Assembly (NCBI GenBank): GCA_963974645.1 | Contig: CAXBEA010000007.1 | Coordinates: 191 to 64,190 of the forward strand | Direction: 5' to 3' | Length of the DNA: 64,000 bases | DNA from: an uncultured Neptunomonas sp. | GTDB lineage: Bacteria; Pseudomonadota; Gammaproteobacteria; Pseudomonadales; Balneatricaceae | Shown: positions 26,469-35,646 of the stretch, piece after piece | Numbering within the stretch: position 1 is the first letter of the stretch | Layout of the letters: each line of letters begins with the position of its first letter | Position numbers and translations under genes: made by a program | The notes under the pieces: generated by a model | Database searches by the model: none | What the model was told of the DNA's origin: nothing | The model's input: only the letters and a program-made list of their open reading frames with translations

Positions 26469-28562
26469 TCATAGAGCGCGTTTGATCCAGGATTCCAGAT
26501 CACGGCGCAGAATGATATCCAGAATCTGCAGGTGCTTACCCGGCTGCCAGTGCAACAACATACGGTAGTCGCCGATACGGATACGATAATGTTCGGGAAG
26601 TAGTTCCAGCGCTTTGGTCTGATGGCGAATACTCTCATCACGGGTGGCGAAGCGAGCGGCGGCCATGATCGCCTTGGCCGCGAGTGCGGGAGGTAGGGCG
26701 GCGCAGTGTTTGCGAAATTTATCACTATATTCGGGGGCCAACGGAGGGGTGTCGAGATCTTCCTGGCGAAATAAAATTTCGTCATCCTCGAGTGTCATTT
26801 CGGGAGGTTCTGGGGTGAGTCGCTCGGCCTGCTTGTTGTGCTCATCGGATAATTGTTTACGCAGCTGTGCTCGCTGCTCCTGCTGCCGGCGAATCTCGCT
26901 TTGCAGTCGCTCCACCTGGCCGCGCAACCGCTGCAGTGTCGCCCTACTCTCTGGATCGGCCTTTTTTTCTATCTGCGGGGTTTCGGCAGCTGTGTTCGAG
27001 CGGGTTTCTCGCGCCAGTTCCAGTTCGTCGCCGATCCGTTGCATGTTTTGCCCCATCTCGTACAACGCCCTGCGCTTTTCTTCCAGGTCACCGCGTGTCT
27101 CCTGCAGACGGGCCTTGAGCCGGTCGATCTTCTCCGTGGCTGCCGCAACGCCGGCCTGGTTGTCACTGCGATCCTCCAACCAGTCGCACAACTCCTCGGC
27201 CGGGTCATCCAAAGGCAGCAGGTCGAGGTCGACACGAGCCTCGCGTAACGCCTCCATCAATATCTGAATATCAAAATGTCGATCGGGGTTGGACACAATC
27301 GCGGCTCGGGCAAAAACGATGCCCAGAGCCGGGTAGTGCGGCAGTAATGCGAAGGCATGTTCGATCAACGGCCCGCCCTCAATTGCCCCTTCGCTATCCG
27401 ACCCACGGATATTGACACGACACTCGGCCTCCAGCGTAGCGAACCGTTGCGGACACTCCAGCAGTTCGAACTGAAACCGAGTGTCCCGTGGTCGGTGCCA
27501 CTCCGCTGGCGGAAAGTGGTCGCGGATCTTGCGAGCCACCGCCAAATCCCCGTCCTTCAACACCGAATGCAGGAGATCTTCGAAATGGCCGCGATCAAAG
27601 TCAGCGACCTCTTTTCGTCGTTCATGCGCAAGCAACATCTCGAAGGCCAACTCACGCATGCCGAAAGTCAAGGCTCGTTGGTAGGCGGCATACAGCTGCT
27701 CGTCACCCAGATCCACTGGTTTCAGCGCCTTGAGTTCATAGGCCCGCAGATCTCCGATCAGTCCGGGATCATCCACCAATCCGGGGTGAGCGACAACTTC
27801 ACTGCGTGTGGTGCCGGCATATTGGGAGGGGTCTCGTAATAGCTCCTGGTCCTTTTCGTAGCAGCATTTTTTGTATTTTTTATTGCTGCCGCAATGGCAC
27901 AACTCATTGCGGCCGAGCTTGGGGACAGAACGACGAACGGTGAACTCACCGTGGCTGATCACCCGCTGGTGCTGCTCCGGGAGGATCTCTTCCAGGCGCA
28001 TGTCACTCCAGATGCGTTCCCAGCCATTCTCGGGCAGCGCCCCATTATCCAGCAAGTGGTGGGTATCCAGGAGCAACATTCCGCTCTCCGGCGGCATGCC
28101 GAAACGCTCCAACTTCCACAGCAGCTTGCGCACCGGTTGAAGATCGAGCCCGTGTTTGATTGATATCTCAGCAGCCAGGCGGGCGGCATAGGCCTGGCGT
28201 TGATTGGAAAATTCATCAGCCAAGGCGACCTCAAGCAACGGTGCCACCGCCTCCGCCCCCTGGAACGCAAAGCAGGGGGCCGTATCCAACAGCTCCTCAC
28301 TCACGCCGATACAACGGCACAGCAAGCCAGGATTGAGTCGAACCCGGTTCAATGCACTGCATTGCAGCAAGCGGCTCAACACCCGAGCTTCGCCGGCCTC
28401 GAGCAGCGCCGACAGCCAGGGTTCGATCTCTCCAGCCGTGAAATGCGCCAACTTTCCGCCCAGCCGACGCACATCAGGCATACAGGCATCGGCAACACGC
28501 AGCTCATCCAGTAGATCAGGTTCCAATGGTTTGCTCACAGAATGGGGTTCCGTATTAGACAA
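26469..28562 (-). CDS. Large multidomain protein: unknown N-terminal region, SEC-C zinc motif, helical region, long charged coiled coil, C-terminal RelE/ParE-like toxin fold
   Basis: SEC-C motif: CHCGSNKKYKKCC. Heptad-like charged stretch: about aa 480-600. The C-terminus (KALELLPEHYRIRIGDYRMLLHWQPGKHLQILDIILRRD) matches the usual RelE/ParE pattern ..G.YRIRVGDYRvIY.i......v.Il.i.hRkd. The start is uncertain: TTG at 28562 has no clear SD, and the alternatives are GTG at codon 9 or ATG at codon 28. Confidence 0.75.
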   Translation of the reverse strand: MSNTEPHSVSKPLEPDLLDELRVADACMPDVRRLGGKLAHFTAGEIEPWLSALLEAGEARVLSRLLQCSALNRVRLNPGLLCRCIGVSEELLDTAPCFAFQGAEAVAPLLEVALADEFSNQRQAYAARLAAEISIKHGLDLQPVRKLLWKLERFGMPPESGMLLLDTHHLLDNGALPENGWERIWSDMRLEEILPEQHQRVISHGEFTVRRSVPKLGRNELCHCGSNKKYKKCCYEKDQELLRDPSQYAGTTRSEVVAHPGLVDDPGLIGDLRAYELKALKPVDLGDEQLYAAYQRALTFGMRELAFEMLLAHERRKEVADFDRGHFEDLLHSVLKDGDLAVARKIRDHFPPAEWHRPRDTRFQFELLECPQRFATLEAECRVNIRGSDSEGAIEGGPLIEHAFALLPHYPALGIVFARAAIVSNPDRHFDIQILMEALREARVDLDLLPLDDPAEELCDWLEDRSDNQAGVAAATEKIDRLKARLQETRGDLEEKRRALYEMGQNMQRIGDELELARETRSNTAAETPQIEKKADPESRATLQRLRGQVERLQSEIRRQQEQRAQLRKQLSDEHNKQAERLTPEPPEMTLEDDEILFRQEDLDTPPLAPEYSDKFRKHCAALPPALAAKAIMAAARFATRDESIRHQTKALELLPEHYRIRIGDYRMLLHWQPGKHLQILDIILRRDLESWIKRAL

Positions 28563-28699
28563 TGTTCATCGCCGATCGCACGTTTAGGGGGAAATCTATG
28601 GTGCCAGAGCGCCGCAGCCAATGCACCCGTGCGGTTGCTATTCTTGATATGTTTATCAGGGTGTTAGTTTGACCAGGGTTTAGCGCCAAAGATTGACCA

Positions 28700-29170
28700 T
28701 GTAAACAGGCGTCAAAGCCTCATGGATATGGAACTGTCACCCACTAGTCACCGGTCAAATTTCGACGCTGAAAGTGGTCAGTTCTGTTCGCTGATCAACA
28801 ACTATCTCGAACATAGCCAGTTGAAAGGAGTTATTCATTAAGAAAACCCGCTTCGAAGATGCCCGCTATCTGAAATTTAAGTTCTAGAAAATGACCTCAA
28901 CATCAGTCGAGCTAATGCGGGCTATGCATGCGCACCCCGATTCCTCAATGTAGCTATGGCCTCGAAGGCCTCAGAGCGAAACAGGTTTGACCGGGGCGGA
29001 TATCTCTACCTGATCCTGGCTGGAATAATCTTGGTTTGATGGCCATTCTTCTGGGCATACCTTGCCCAGTAGTGGGCCGTAGCGCAGGCTTCAAAAGCGA
29101 CTAATGAAGGTTTTTACTTGGCCAGAAACTCGGCAAACTTAATACGCGCTAGCTCTTTGTGCTGGAGCTC
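28700..29170 (-). mobile_element. Decayed IS110-family transposase remnant, 5'-truncated, with in-frame stops and frameshifts
   Basis: The minus strand reads GKELQHKELARIKFAEFLAK-stop-KPSLVAFEACATAHYWARYAQKNGHQTKIIPARIR-stop. The ..LVA(F/M)EACggAHhWAR.l...GH.v.lIp.. block is characteristic of the IS110 N-terminal domain. No ORF of 60 aa or more survives in 28588-29369. Confidence 0.5.
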
Positions 29171-29260
29171 TTTACCAGAGGGGGATACGACGAAGACCTC
29201 GTCGCCAGAATCGGTGATGCCACGCCACACCGGGTGAAATACAAGAAGATCGATGCTTAG
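29170..29260 (+). pseudogene. 3' fragment of ettA, a diverged duplicate of 24310..24401
   Basis: It encodes ..GGYDEDLVARIGDATPHRVKYKKIDA-stop. Intact EttA has ..GNYSEYEADLVARIGDATPHRVKYKKIDA-stop. I counted 61 of 72 aligned nt identical. Confidence 0.85.
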
Positions 29261-29278
29261 AGACTCCGCACTATCCTC

Positions 29279-29305
29279 CGGGCGCTGATATAGCGCCCTT
29301 TTTTA
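29279..29305 (+). terminator. Duplicate copy of the ettA terminator hairpin
   Basis: GGGCGCTGATATAGCGCCC followed by TTTTTT, nearly identical to 24420-24446. Confidence 0.75.
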
Positions 29306-29369
29306 TGCCCGGAACACCCTACTACCAAAACGCCTAAACCGGCATCTAAGCCAACCTTAAGACAAGGAG

Positions 29370-30227
29370 CTACTCGACCTCCTCTGCGCTGCGTATCCGT
29401 TCTTGACGCGCCTGCTCCTCCATAAAGGCGGCTTTAATCTCTTCCAACACCGAATCAACGTCTGCGGTATGCAGATCCTCTTCAAAATACCCGGTCAGCT
29501 CGACATCGGGATGCAGATCACCGCTTTCGTAGAGCTCCCAGATTTCCTTGGCATACTGGGTGTCCTTCAGCTCAGGGGCATACTGCGCGTAGTAATCCCT
29601 CATATTGTTCACATCCCGCTCCAGCATCCACTGGGCATGGTTGTTTCCAGCCGCATCAACGGCTTGGGGTAGATCTATAATCACCGGCCCGTAGGCGTCG
29701 ACCAGCACATTGAACTCAGATAGATCGCCGTGTACCAATCCAGCACAGAGCATCCGTACCACATCACCGATTACCGCTGCGTGATCTTCGACTGCCTGCT
29801 CGGCAGACATCGCCACATCGTTTAAGCGCGGGGCAACCCCACCAGAATCGTCGGTCACCAACTCCATCAGCAACACGCCATCAAAGCAACCGTAGGGCTG
29901 CGGCACGCGAACACCTGCCTTTGCCAATCGATACAGGGCATCCACCTCGGCATTATGCCAGGCATCTTCCTGCTGGCTGCGACCAAACTTAGAGCCTTTT
30001 TCCATCGCTCGAGCACGACGGCTATTCCGCACCTTGCGTCCTTCTTGATACTGGACAGCCTGCCGAAAACTTCGCTTATCAGCTTCTTTATAGACCTTGG
30101 CGCAGCGAATTTCCGAGCCACAACGCACCACATAGACCGTTGCTTCTTTACCGCTCATCAACTGACGAATGACCTCGTCTACGATGCCTTCTTCGACCAG
30201 CGGCTGGATTCGTTTTGGAATTTTCAT
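29370..30227 (-). CDS. RIO1-family atypical serine protein kinase
   Basis: MSGKEATVYVV (ATP-binding loop), KVYK, LVHGDLSEFNVL (catalytic loop) and IDLPQAV (metal-binding DFG-equivalent). Confidence 0.85.
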   Translation of the reverse strand: MKIPKRIQPLVEEGIVDEVIRQLMSGKEATVYVVRCGSEIRCAKVYKEADKRSFRQAVQYQEGRKVRNSRRARAMEKGSKFGRSQQEDAWHNAEVDALYRLAKAGVRVPQPYGCFDGVLLMELVTDDSGGVAPRLNDVAMSAEQAVEDHAAVIGDVVRMLCAGLVHGDLSEFNVLVDAYGPVIIDLPQAVDAAGNNHAQWMLERDVNNMRDYYAQYAPELKDTQYAKEIWELYESGDLHPDVELTGYFEEDLHTADVDSVLEEIKAAFMEEQARQERIRSAEEVE

Positions 30228-30328
30228 GGTATCTTTTGGCCCTTAGGCCATATACAAGGAGGTAGTTGGACGCAGAATAATCCGATAAGGAGCAACAACA
30301 CTTACATCAAACAACTCATTTGACAAAC

Positions 30329-30363
30329 AAAAAAGGGCAAGACTATAAGTCTCACCCTTTTTT
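30329..30363. terminator. Bidirectional rho-independent terminator downstream of csp
   Basis: AAAAAAGGGCAAGACT-ata-AGTCTCACCCTTTTTT: an imperfect 10-bp stem flanked by A and T runs. Confidence 0.7.
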
Positions 30364-30428
30364 ACGCTCAATCCCTAAAATAGGGAGAGGCTGGCCTGTA
30401 ACAAGTACAGGTCAGATCGCAGCTAAAA

Positions 30429-30641
30429 TTAGATAGCTTCGATGTTCTCTGCCTGTGGGCCTTTCTGGCCTTGAGTAACAGTGAACTGTACTTTCTGGCC
30501 TTCAACCAGAGTTTTGAAGCCTGAACCAGCGATAGCGCTGAAGTGAGCGAAAACGTCAGGACCAGATTCTTGCTCGATGAAACCAAAACCTTTAGCTTCG
30601 TTGAACCACTTAACGGTACCAGTAGTAGTAGACATAGTCAT
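30429..30641 (-). CDS. Cold-shock protein, CspA family
   Basis: [15 protein letters not shown] (RNP1) and DVFAHFSAI (RNP2). The start may instead be the second ATG at 30635. Confidence 0.95.
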   Translation of the reverse strand: MTMSTTTGTVKWFNEAKGFGFIEQESGPDVFAHFSAIAGSGFKTLVEGQKVQFTVTQGQKGPQAENIEAI

Positions 30642-30949
30642 TTCCTATAAATCAAGAGTAATTGGAGCCTCATAACAAGGCTTGTTTGCTGGAAGTGTTG
30701 CGATTACTTATGAAGAACAGGACGAGGCACTAAAGACAGGACTTCGAAAATCTGTGCATAAATATCAGACGTACTTTCAAGCTGTCCTGAAGTATATACA
30801 GATCAGCTTCTTAGTCAACACCTATCGACGTGAATTCTTCTCAGCACCGATAGCTAACCACCAACAAGCATCAATATTACCCATACTTTCCAGAAAAAAC
30901 AGCCCTTTAGTGCACTACATACCATAAGACTAAAGCAGAAGATGCCCGG

Positions 30950-31471
30950 CTAGAGGGGAGCAGGTTCAACAACCAACATCCCCTGCATCCCCGCCTTGAG
31001 GTGATTAGGAACGTGGCAACTCAGCGGATACTCTCCCGGGGCCTTAACAAGAACATAGACATCACGCTCAGAAAAAGGGGCGACCGGAATGTGGTGCTGA
31101 CCAGCGGGCACGGTGCTCTCCAGGATATTGACAATCTCCGCACCTCGCTGGAAAAACTCGGCAGCTCCAAAGTAATGAGTAACCCAGGCGGTATTACTGA
31201 GCCGGATTCGAGTAACAGCTCCAGATTTAAGCCGGATCAGATCTGGAGTAAACTGAAAGTCAGACATAATTACATAGATCGTCTCACCACTAAAGCTAAC
31301 CTCCCCCGTCTCTGGATTGACCTCCTGCACCTGCTCAATTGCATGCTGCCTCTGGGCTGAATTACTCTCATCGGCATGAAGCGCCTTTAGCCGCAACGTA
31401 TCAACCTGGCGCGACATTGAATCGCAACCGACGCCCAGCGCAGCCAGAATTATTACGACCAATATCTTCAT
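30950..31471 (-). CDS. Cupredoxin-fold lipoprotein (plastocyanin/azurin-like type-1 copper site)
   Basis: Lipobox ALGVGC. The C-terminal ligand pattern C-X4-H-X4-M appears in LSCHVPNHLKAGMQGMLVV. Confidence 0.65.
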   Translation of the reverse strand: MKILVVIILAALGVGCDSMSRQVDTLRLKALHADESNSAQRQHAIEQVQEVNPETGEVSFSGETIYVIMSDFQFTPDLIRLKSGAVTRIRLSNTAWVTHYFGAAEFFQRGAEIVNILESTVPAGQHHIPVAPFSERDVYVLVKAPGEYPLSCHVPNHLKAGMQGMLVVEPAPL

Positions 31472-31647
31472 CCAAACCTCCTCGCTAGAAGCACCCTGGT
31501 TTAAAAATGATACTCTTAATTAATAGCGATATGCCAAGTAGAAGCAGAGCTCGAGAGCCCGGGGTTGCCGCAGGGGCTGCGCATGGGTATGGTGCGAACG
31601 TTCTATTTCAGCGATCTTCGCCTACCGACCCCAGCAAGGAGCAATCA

Positions 31648-32682
31648 ATGCCCTGTTCGCTTTCATTCCGCAGCCCTGCCAAAGGCACTCTCAGCTTAAG
31701 CCTAGCGCTCTCAGCCGCATTCATCTGCAGCACTGCAAAGGCTTCAGAAAGCCCCGTGCTTCACTATAACAACGAGTCTTACCAGCAGCAGACCCTGCCA
31801 CCCGCGGTACAGTCTTCACTCTACGAATTAGAGCAACAATACAACCAGCAGCGCATGGATGTCTTCAACAACTACGTCGTGAACCGTTTCGTCCGCGAAC
31901 AAGCGGAGCAGCAAAACAAACCGTTCCAGCAACTACAGCAGGAGCTTCTTAGTGTTCCCGCACCCACCAACTTGCAAATAGAAGCCTTTTACAATGCCAA
32001 TAAAGCGCGCATCAGCGGCACCTTGCAACAGGTTGGAGGCAAAATATCGGAACATCTCAGCCAGCAGGCGATGATCGAGAAGCAGCGAGCTTTGCTCGAT
32101 CAAATTCAGACCCAAAAAGGCTATCGCGTCGAACTGCCCGATCTACCCAGTCTGCGCCTACCCATAAATCTGGCCGGATACCCCAGCAAAGGCAACCCCA
32201 ATGCCAAGGTCACCCTGGTTGAGTTTGCCGATTACCAGTGCCCGCACTGCAAAGATGCGGGCCCGGTAGTGAAAAAGCTGATGGAAAAGTACGGTGAACA
32301 GATTCGCCTGGTGTTCCGTGACTTCCCGATCAACCCATCAGGAATTTCGCGCAAGGTTGCTGAAGCGGCTGTCTGCGCCGACCAACAAAACATGTACTGG
32401 CCGTTCCATGAGTTGGCTTTTTCTCGCCAGAGCTATCTAAAGTCAGTAACCCCTGAGATGCTGGCCACCGAGCTAGACATGGATATAGTCGCGCTTAACA
32501 ACTGCCTCAAATCTGGCGAAGCTCAAACCAGGGTCGCTAGCTCTGAAGCCGAAGCAAGAGAACTTGGCGTCACCAGCACGCCCTCATTTTTTGTTAACGG
32601 CCGCCCACTGCCCCACAGCCACGGGGATCTAGGCAGCGAAATCAGCGCGCTAATCGAACAGGAGCTAAACGCTTCAAAATAA
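31648..32682 (+). CDS. DsbA-family thiol:disulfide oxidoreductase with an N-terminal helical extension
   Basis: Thioredoxin-fold CPHC active site (FADYQCPHCK). I trimmed the start to the ATG at 31648, which is preceded by AAGGAG and gives a signal peptide. The longest ORF starts at 31507. Confidence 0.8.
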   Translation: MPCSLSFRSPAKGTLSLSLALSAAFICSTAKASESPVLHYNNESYQQQTLPPAVQSSLYELEQQYNQQRMDVFNNYVVNRFVREQAEQQNKPFQQLQQELLSVPAPTNLQIEAFYNANKARISGTLQQVGGKISEHLSQQAMIEKQRALLDQIQTQKGYRVELPDLPSLRLPINLAGYPSKGNPNAKVTLVEFADYQCPHCKDAGPVVKKLMEKYGEQIRLVFRDFPINPSGISRKVAEAAVCADQQNMYWPFHELAFSRQSYLKSVTPEMLATELDMDIVALNNCLKSGEAQTRVASSEAEARELGVTSTPSFFVNGRPLPHSHGDLGSEISALIEQELNASK

Positions 32683-32823
32683 GCGTAGCCAAGATAGCGC
32701 TCCGATGGAGCGCTACGTCGATAGTGATCTTTTGAAAATCAAATTATAAAAAATCATACCTTAATCAACTTAAGATAATTAAAATTAAATATTGATTGGT
32801 CAAAAACTGAAAGAACTCAGTAT

Positions 32824-33351
32824 ATGCCGCAACCCATCACCCCAGAACAACGACTCTGTATTGAGCGACAACTAGGTCGACCGCCTCGCGGTATAGCCGA
32901 GATCGCCTATCAAACAGCAGCAGGAATCCCTGTCGCGTTGCGAATGCAGTCACTGGTCGATGACAAACCCTTTCCGACCCTCTACTGGCTCTGCTCCAAA
33001 GACCTGCACAAGGCGATCAGCCAGATCGAAACCTCAGGCTGGGTCAAGCAGATCGAACAGGAGCTCCAGATCGACCCTGAACTCAAACAGCGCTATCGAC
33101 AAAACCATCAGGATTATGTGCGCACACGCGACCACTACCTGACGACCACTCAGCGTCAGCGGATCGCCGAGCTTGGCTTTGCAGAGCTATTTCAAAAGTA
33201 CGGTATTGGCGGAATCGCGCAATGGGACAAAGTACGCTGCCTGCACATGCAATACGCCCATTACTTATGCGCAAGCGAAACCAGCAGGAATGTAATAGGG
33301 ATACGGATGGAGCAAGAGTTCGGCTTATCCAAACTAGCCATCAGCATCTAA
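32824..33351 (+). CDS. DUF501-family protein
   Basis: DKPFPTLYWLCSKDL and the overall size resemble DUF501 proteins as I remember them. No catalytic motif identified. Confidence 0.5.
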   Translation: MPQPITPEQRLCIERQLGRPPRGIAEIAYQTAAGIPVALRMQSLVDDKPFPTLYWLCSKDLHKAISQIETSGWVKQIEQELQIDPELKQRYRQNHQDYVRTRDHYLTTTQRQRIAELGFAELFQKYGIGGIAQWDKVRCLHMQYAHYLCASETSRNVIGIRMEQEFGLSKLAISI

Positions 33352-33436
33352 CCAGGCTAACCGTCGAATCTAGACACCCAGACAAAAAAACGGCCGAAAT
33401 AATATCCGACCGTCAGACCAACAACCCAAGGCTATA

Positions 33437-33688
<252 letters not shown>

Positions 33689-33719
33689 CTACCTCTACTC
33701 GCTATATTCGTGGCGCTAA

Positions 33720-34286
<567 letters not shown>

Positions 34287-34318
34287 CTACACAACTACAT
34301 AACCAAGGCTAGTTATCG

Positions 34319-35593
34319 ATGACTTCATCTTATTTATTCTCCATTACCACAGGGATTATGGTGCTACTCGGTAGCGTAATTCTGAGCGGCTGTGAGAGCC
34401 TAAAAAGCGTTGATCAGGGGCTCTACAGCATTGCAGAATCCGTTTCCGAACAGGACAGGATCACCGGCCAGCGAAGCCTTAGTCTGGCATCGCGCGGCGA
34501 ACAGATCAGCCGTGGCAACGAAGTCATAGAGCAGCTGCTGGCGCAAGAACAACAGCAAGGTAAGCGTATTAACCAACAGCTCGACAAAACCCAATACTGG
34601 CGGATGATTCAAATTTTCGACCGCATTCACCGCGTCAGCCATCTGAGCGATGAGCGCTGGCAGCCGATTTTGATTGATCGCGATAGTTTCAATGCGTTCA
34701 CCACGGGGGGCACTTACATTGTGGTCCATTTGGGTCTGATGCAACAGCTACAGAGCGATGATGAGGTTGCTGCGGTATTGGCCCACGAAATCGCCCACAC
34801 CGTGGCCAACCATGTCTTTGAAGGGCAGTCGCTGGCAAAAGCCACCTCGCTGGCCAACTCTAACTCATCCAGTCGTGAAGGGTATCAGGCGGCCTTTACT
34901 CACGAAAATGAACGCGAAGCCGACCGTACCGGTGTGCTCTACAGCGCGTTGAGTGGCTACGATCCCCTGGCAGCCAGCCGAATCTGGAAGCGCCAGTTTG
35001 AGGCGGAGGGCAATCGACGTGCGTTTTTCTTCCATTCCCATCCCGTTAATGGTGATCGTGAACAGGAGAATCGAATCAATGGTGAGAAGGTTAAGGGGTA
35101 CTACCAGCCAGGCCAGATCAATCCGAATCATGCGGCGCTGCTGGAGGATAACGTACTCTGGAGTAGGCGCTCCAGCGAGCCCACAACAGGCGGCGATGGT
35201 AGCGGACTCACGGCGCTCACCAGCACCCTGTTCGGCGCCTACGTGCAACACCAGCAGGCCAAGCAGGGCGAGCAACAACAGTTGCAGCAGATCCAACTGG
35301 TTAAATACGTTCAATCGCAGTTAAAAATAACCGGCGACACCCGCCCCGCCCCGGATCGCTGGCGTTTGCAGTTGCAGTATACCGGTCAGGTCAGGCTGCG
35401 CGGGCTAACTCTGGGAGGTCAGATAGCGCAAGGCAAAGACCAGCCCGCGCTGGTCATCCTGGCGCAAACAAAACAAGCGCTACAAACAGGCTCTGCGTTT
35501 GAGCTGGAGTTCAAGCATGACGCCCTGAGCACGCTGAAACAGCCCCGTGAAGTGGTGAAGCTGTATCTCGATGATGCCCTGCCAGAGCAATAA
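34319..35593 (+). CDS. M48-family zinc metallopeptidase lipoprotein
   Basis: Lipobox ILSGC, HEXXH as LAHEIAHTV, and a downstream ENEREADRTG third-ligand region. Confidence 0.8.
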   Translation: MTSSYLFSITTGIMVLLGSVILSGCESLKSVDQGLYSIAESVSEQDRITGQRSLSLASRGEQISRGNEVIEQLLAQEQQQGKRINQQLDKTQYWRMIQIFDRIHRVSHLSDERWQPILIDRDSFNAFTTGGTYIVVHLGLMQQLQSDDEVAAVLAHEIAHTVANHVFEGQSLAKATSLANSNSSSREGYQAAFTHENEREADRTGVLYSALSGYDPLAASRIWKRQFEAEGNRRAFFFHSHPVNGDREQENRINGEKVKGYYQPGQINPNHAALLEDNVLWSRRSSEPTTGGDGSGLTALTSTLFGAYVQHQQAKQGEQQQLQQIQLVKYVQSQLKITGDTRPAPDRWRLQLQYTGQVRLRGLTLGGQIAQGKDQPALVILAQTKQALQTGSAFELEFKHDALSTLKQPREVVKLYLDDALPEQ

Positions 35594-35646
35594 CTGTAGC
35601 GGCTAGAAGAGCAGAGGGAGACTCAAAAAGAAGCCGCTGCTCGTGC

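Noticed and set aside
26644-27267. 207-aa plus-strand ORF and other ORFs (26408-26785, 26853-27248, 27357-27839, 28204-28587) overlapping the 697-aa gene
   Set aside because: They have the low-complexity Ser/Arg/Ala-rich composition of antisense frames. The minus-strand frame carries recognisable SEC-C and RelE-like motifs across the full length.
28563-29369. Search for a tRNA or tmRNA gene as an integration target in the ORF-free 800 bp
   Set aside because: I could not recognise a cloverleaf or a T-loop GTTCGAATC-type box. The region is better explained by the IS110 remnant plus the duplicated ettA tail and terminator.
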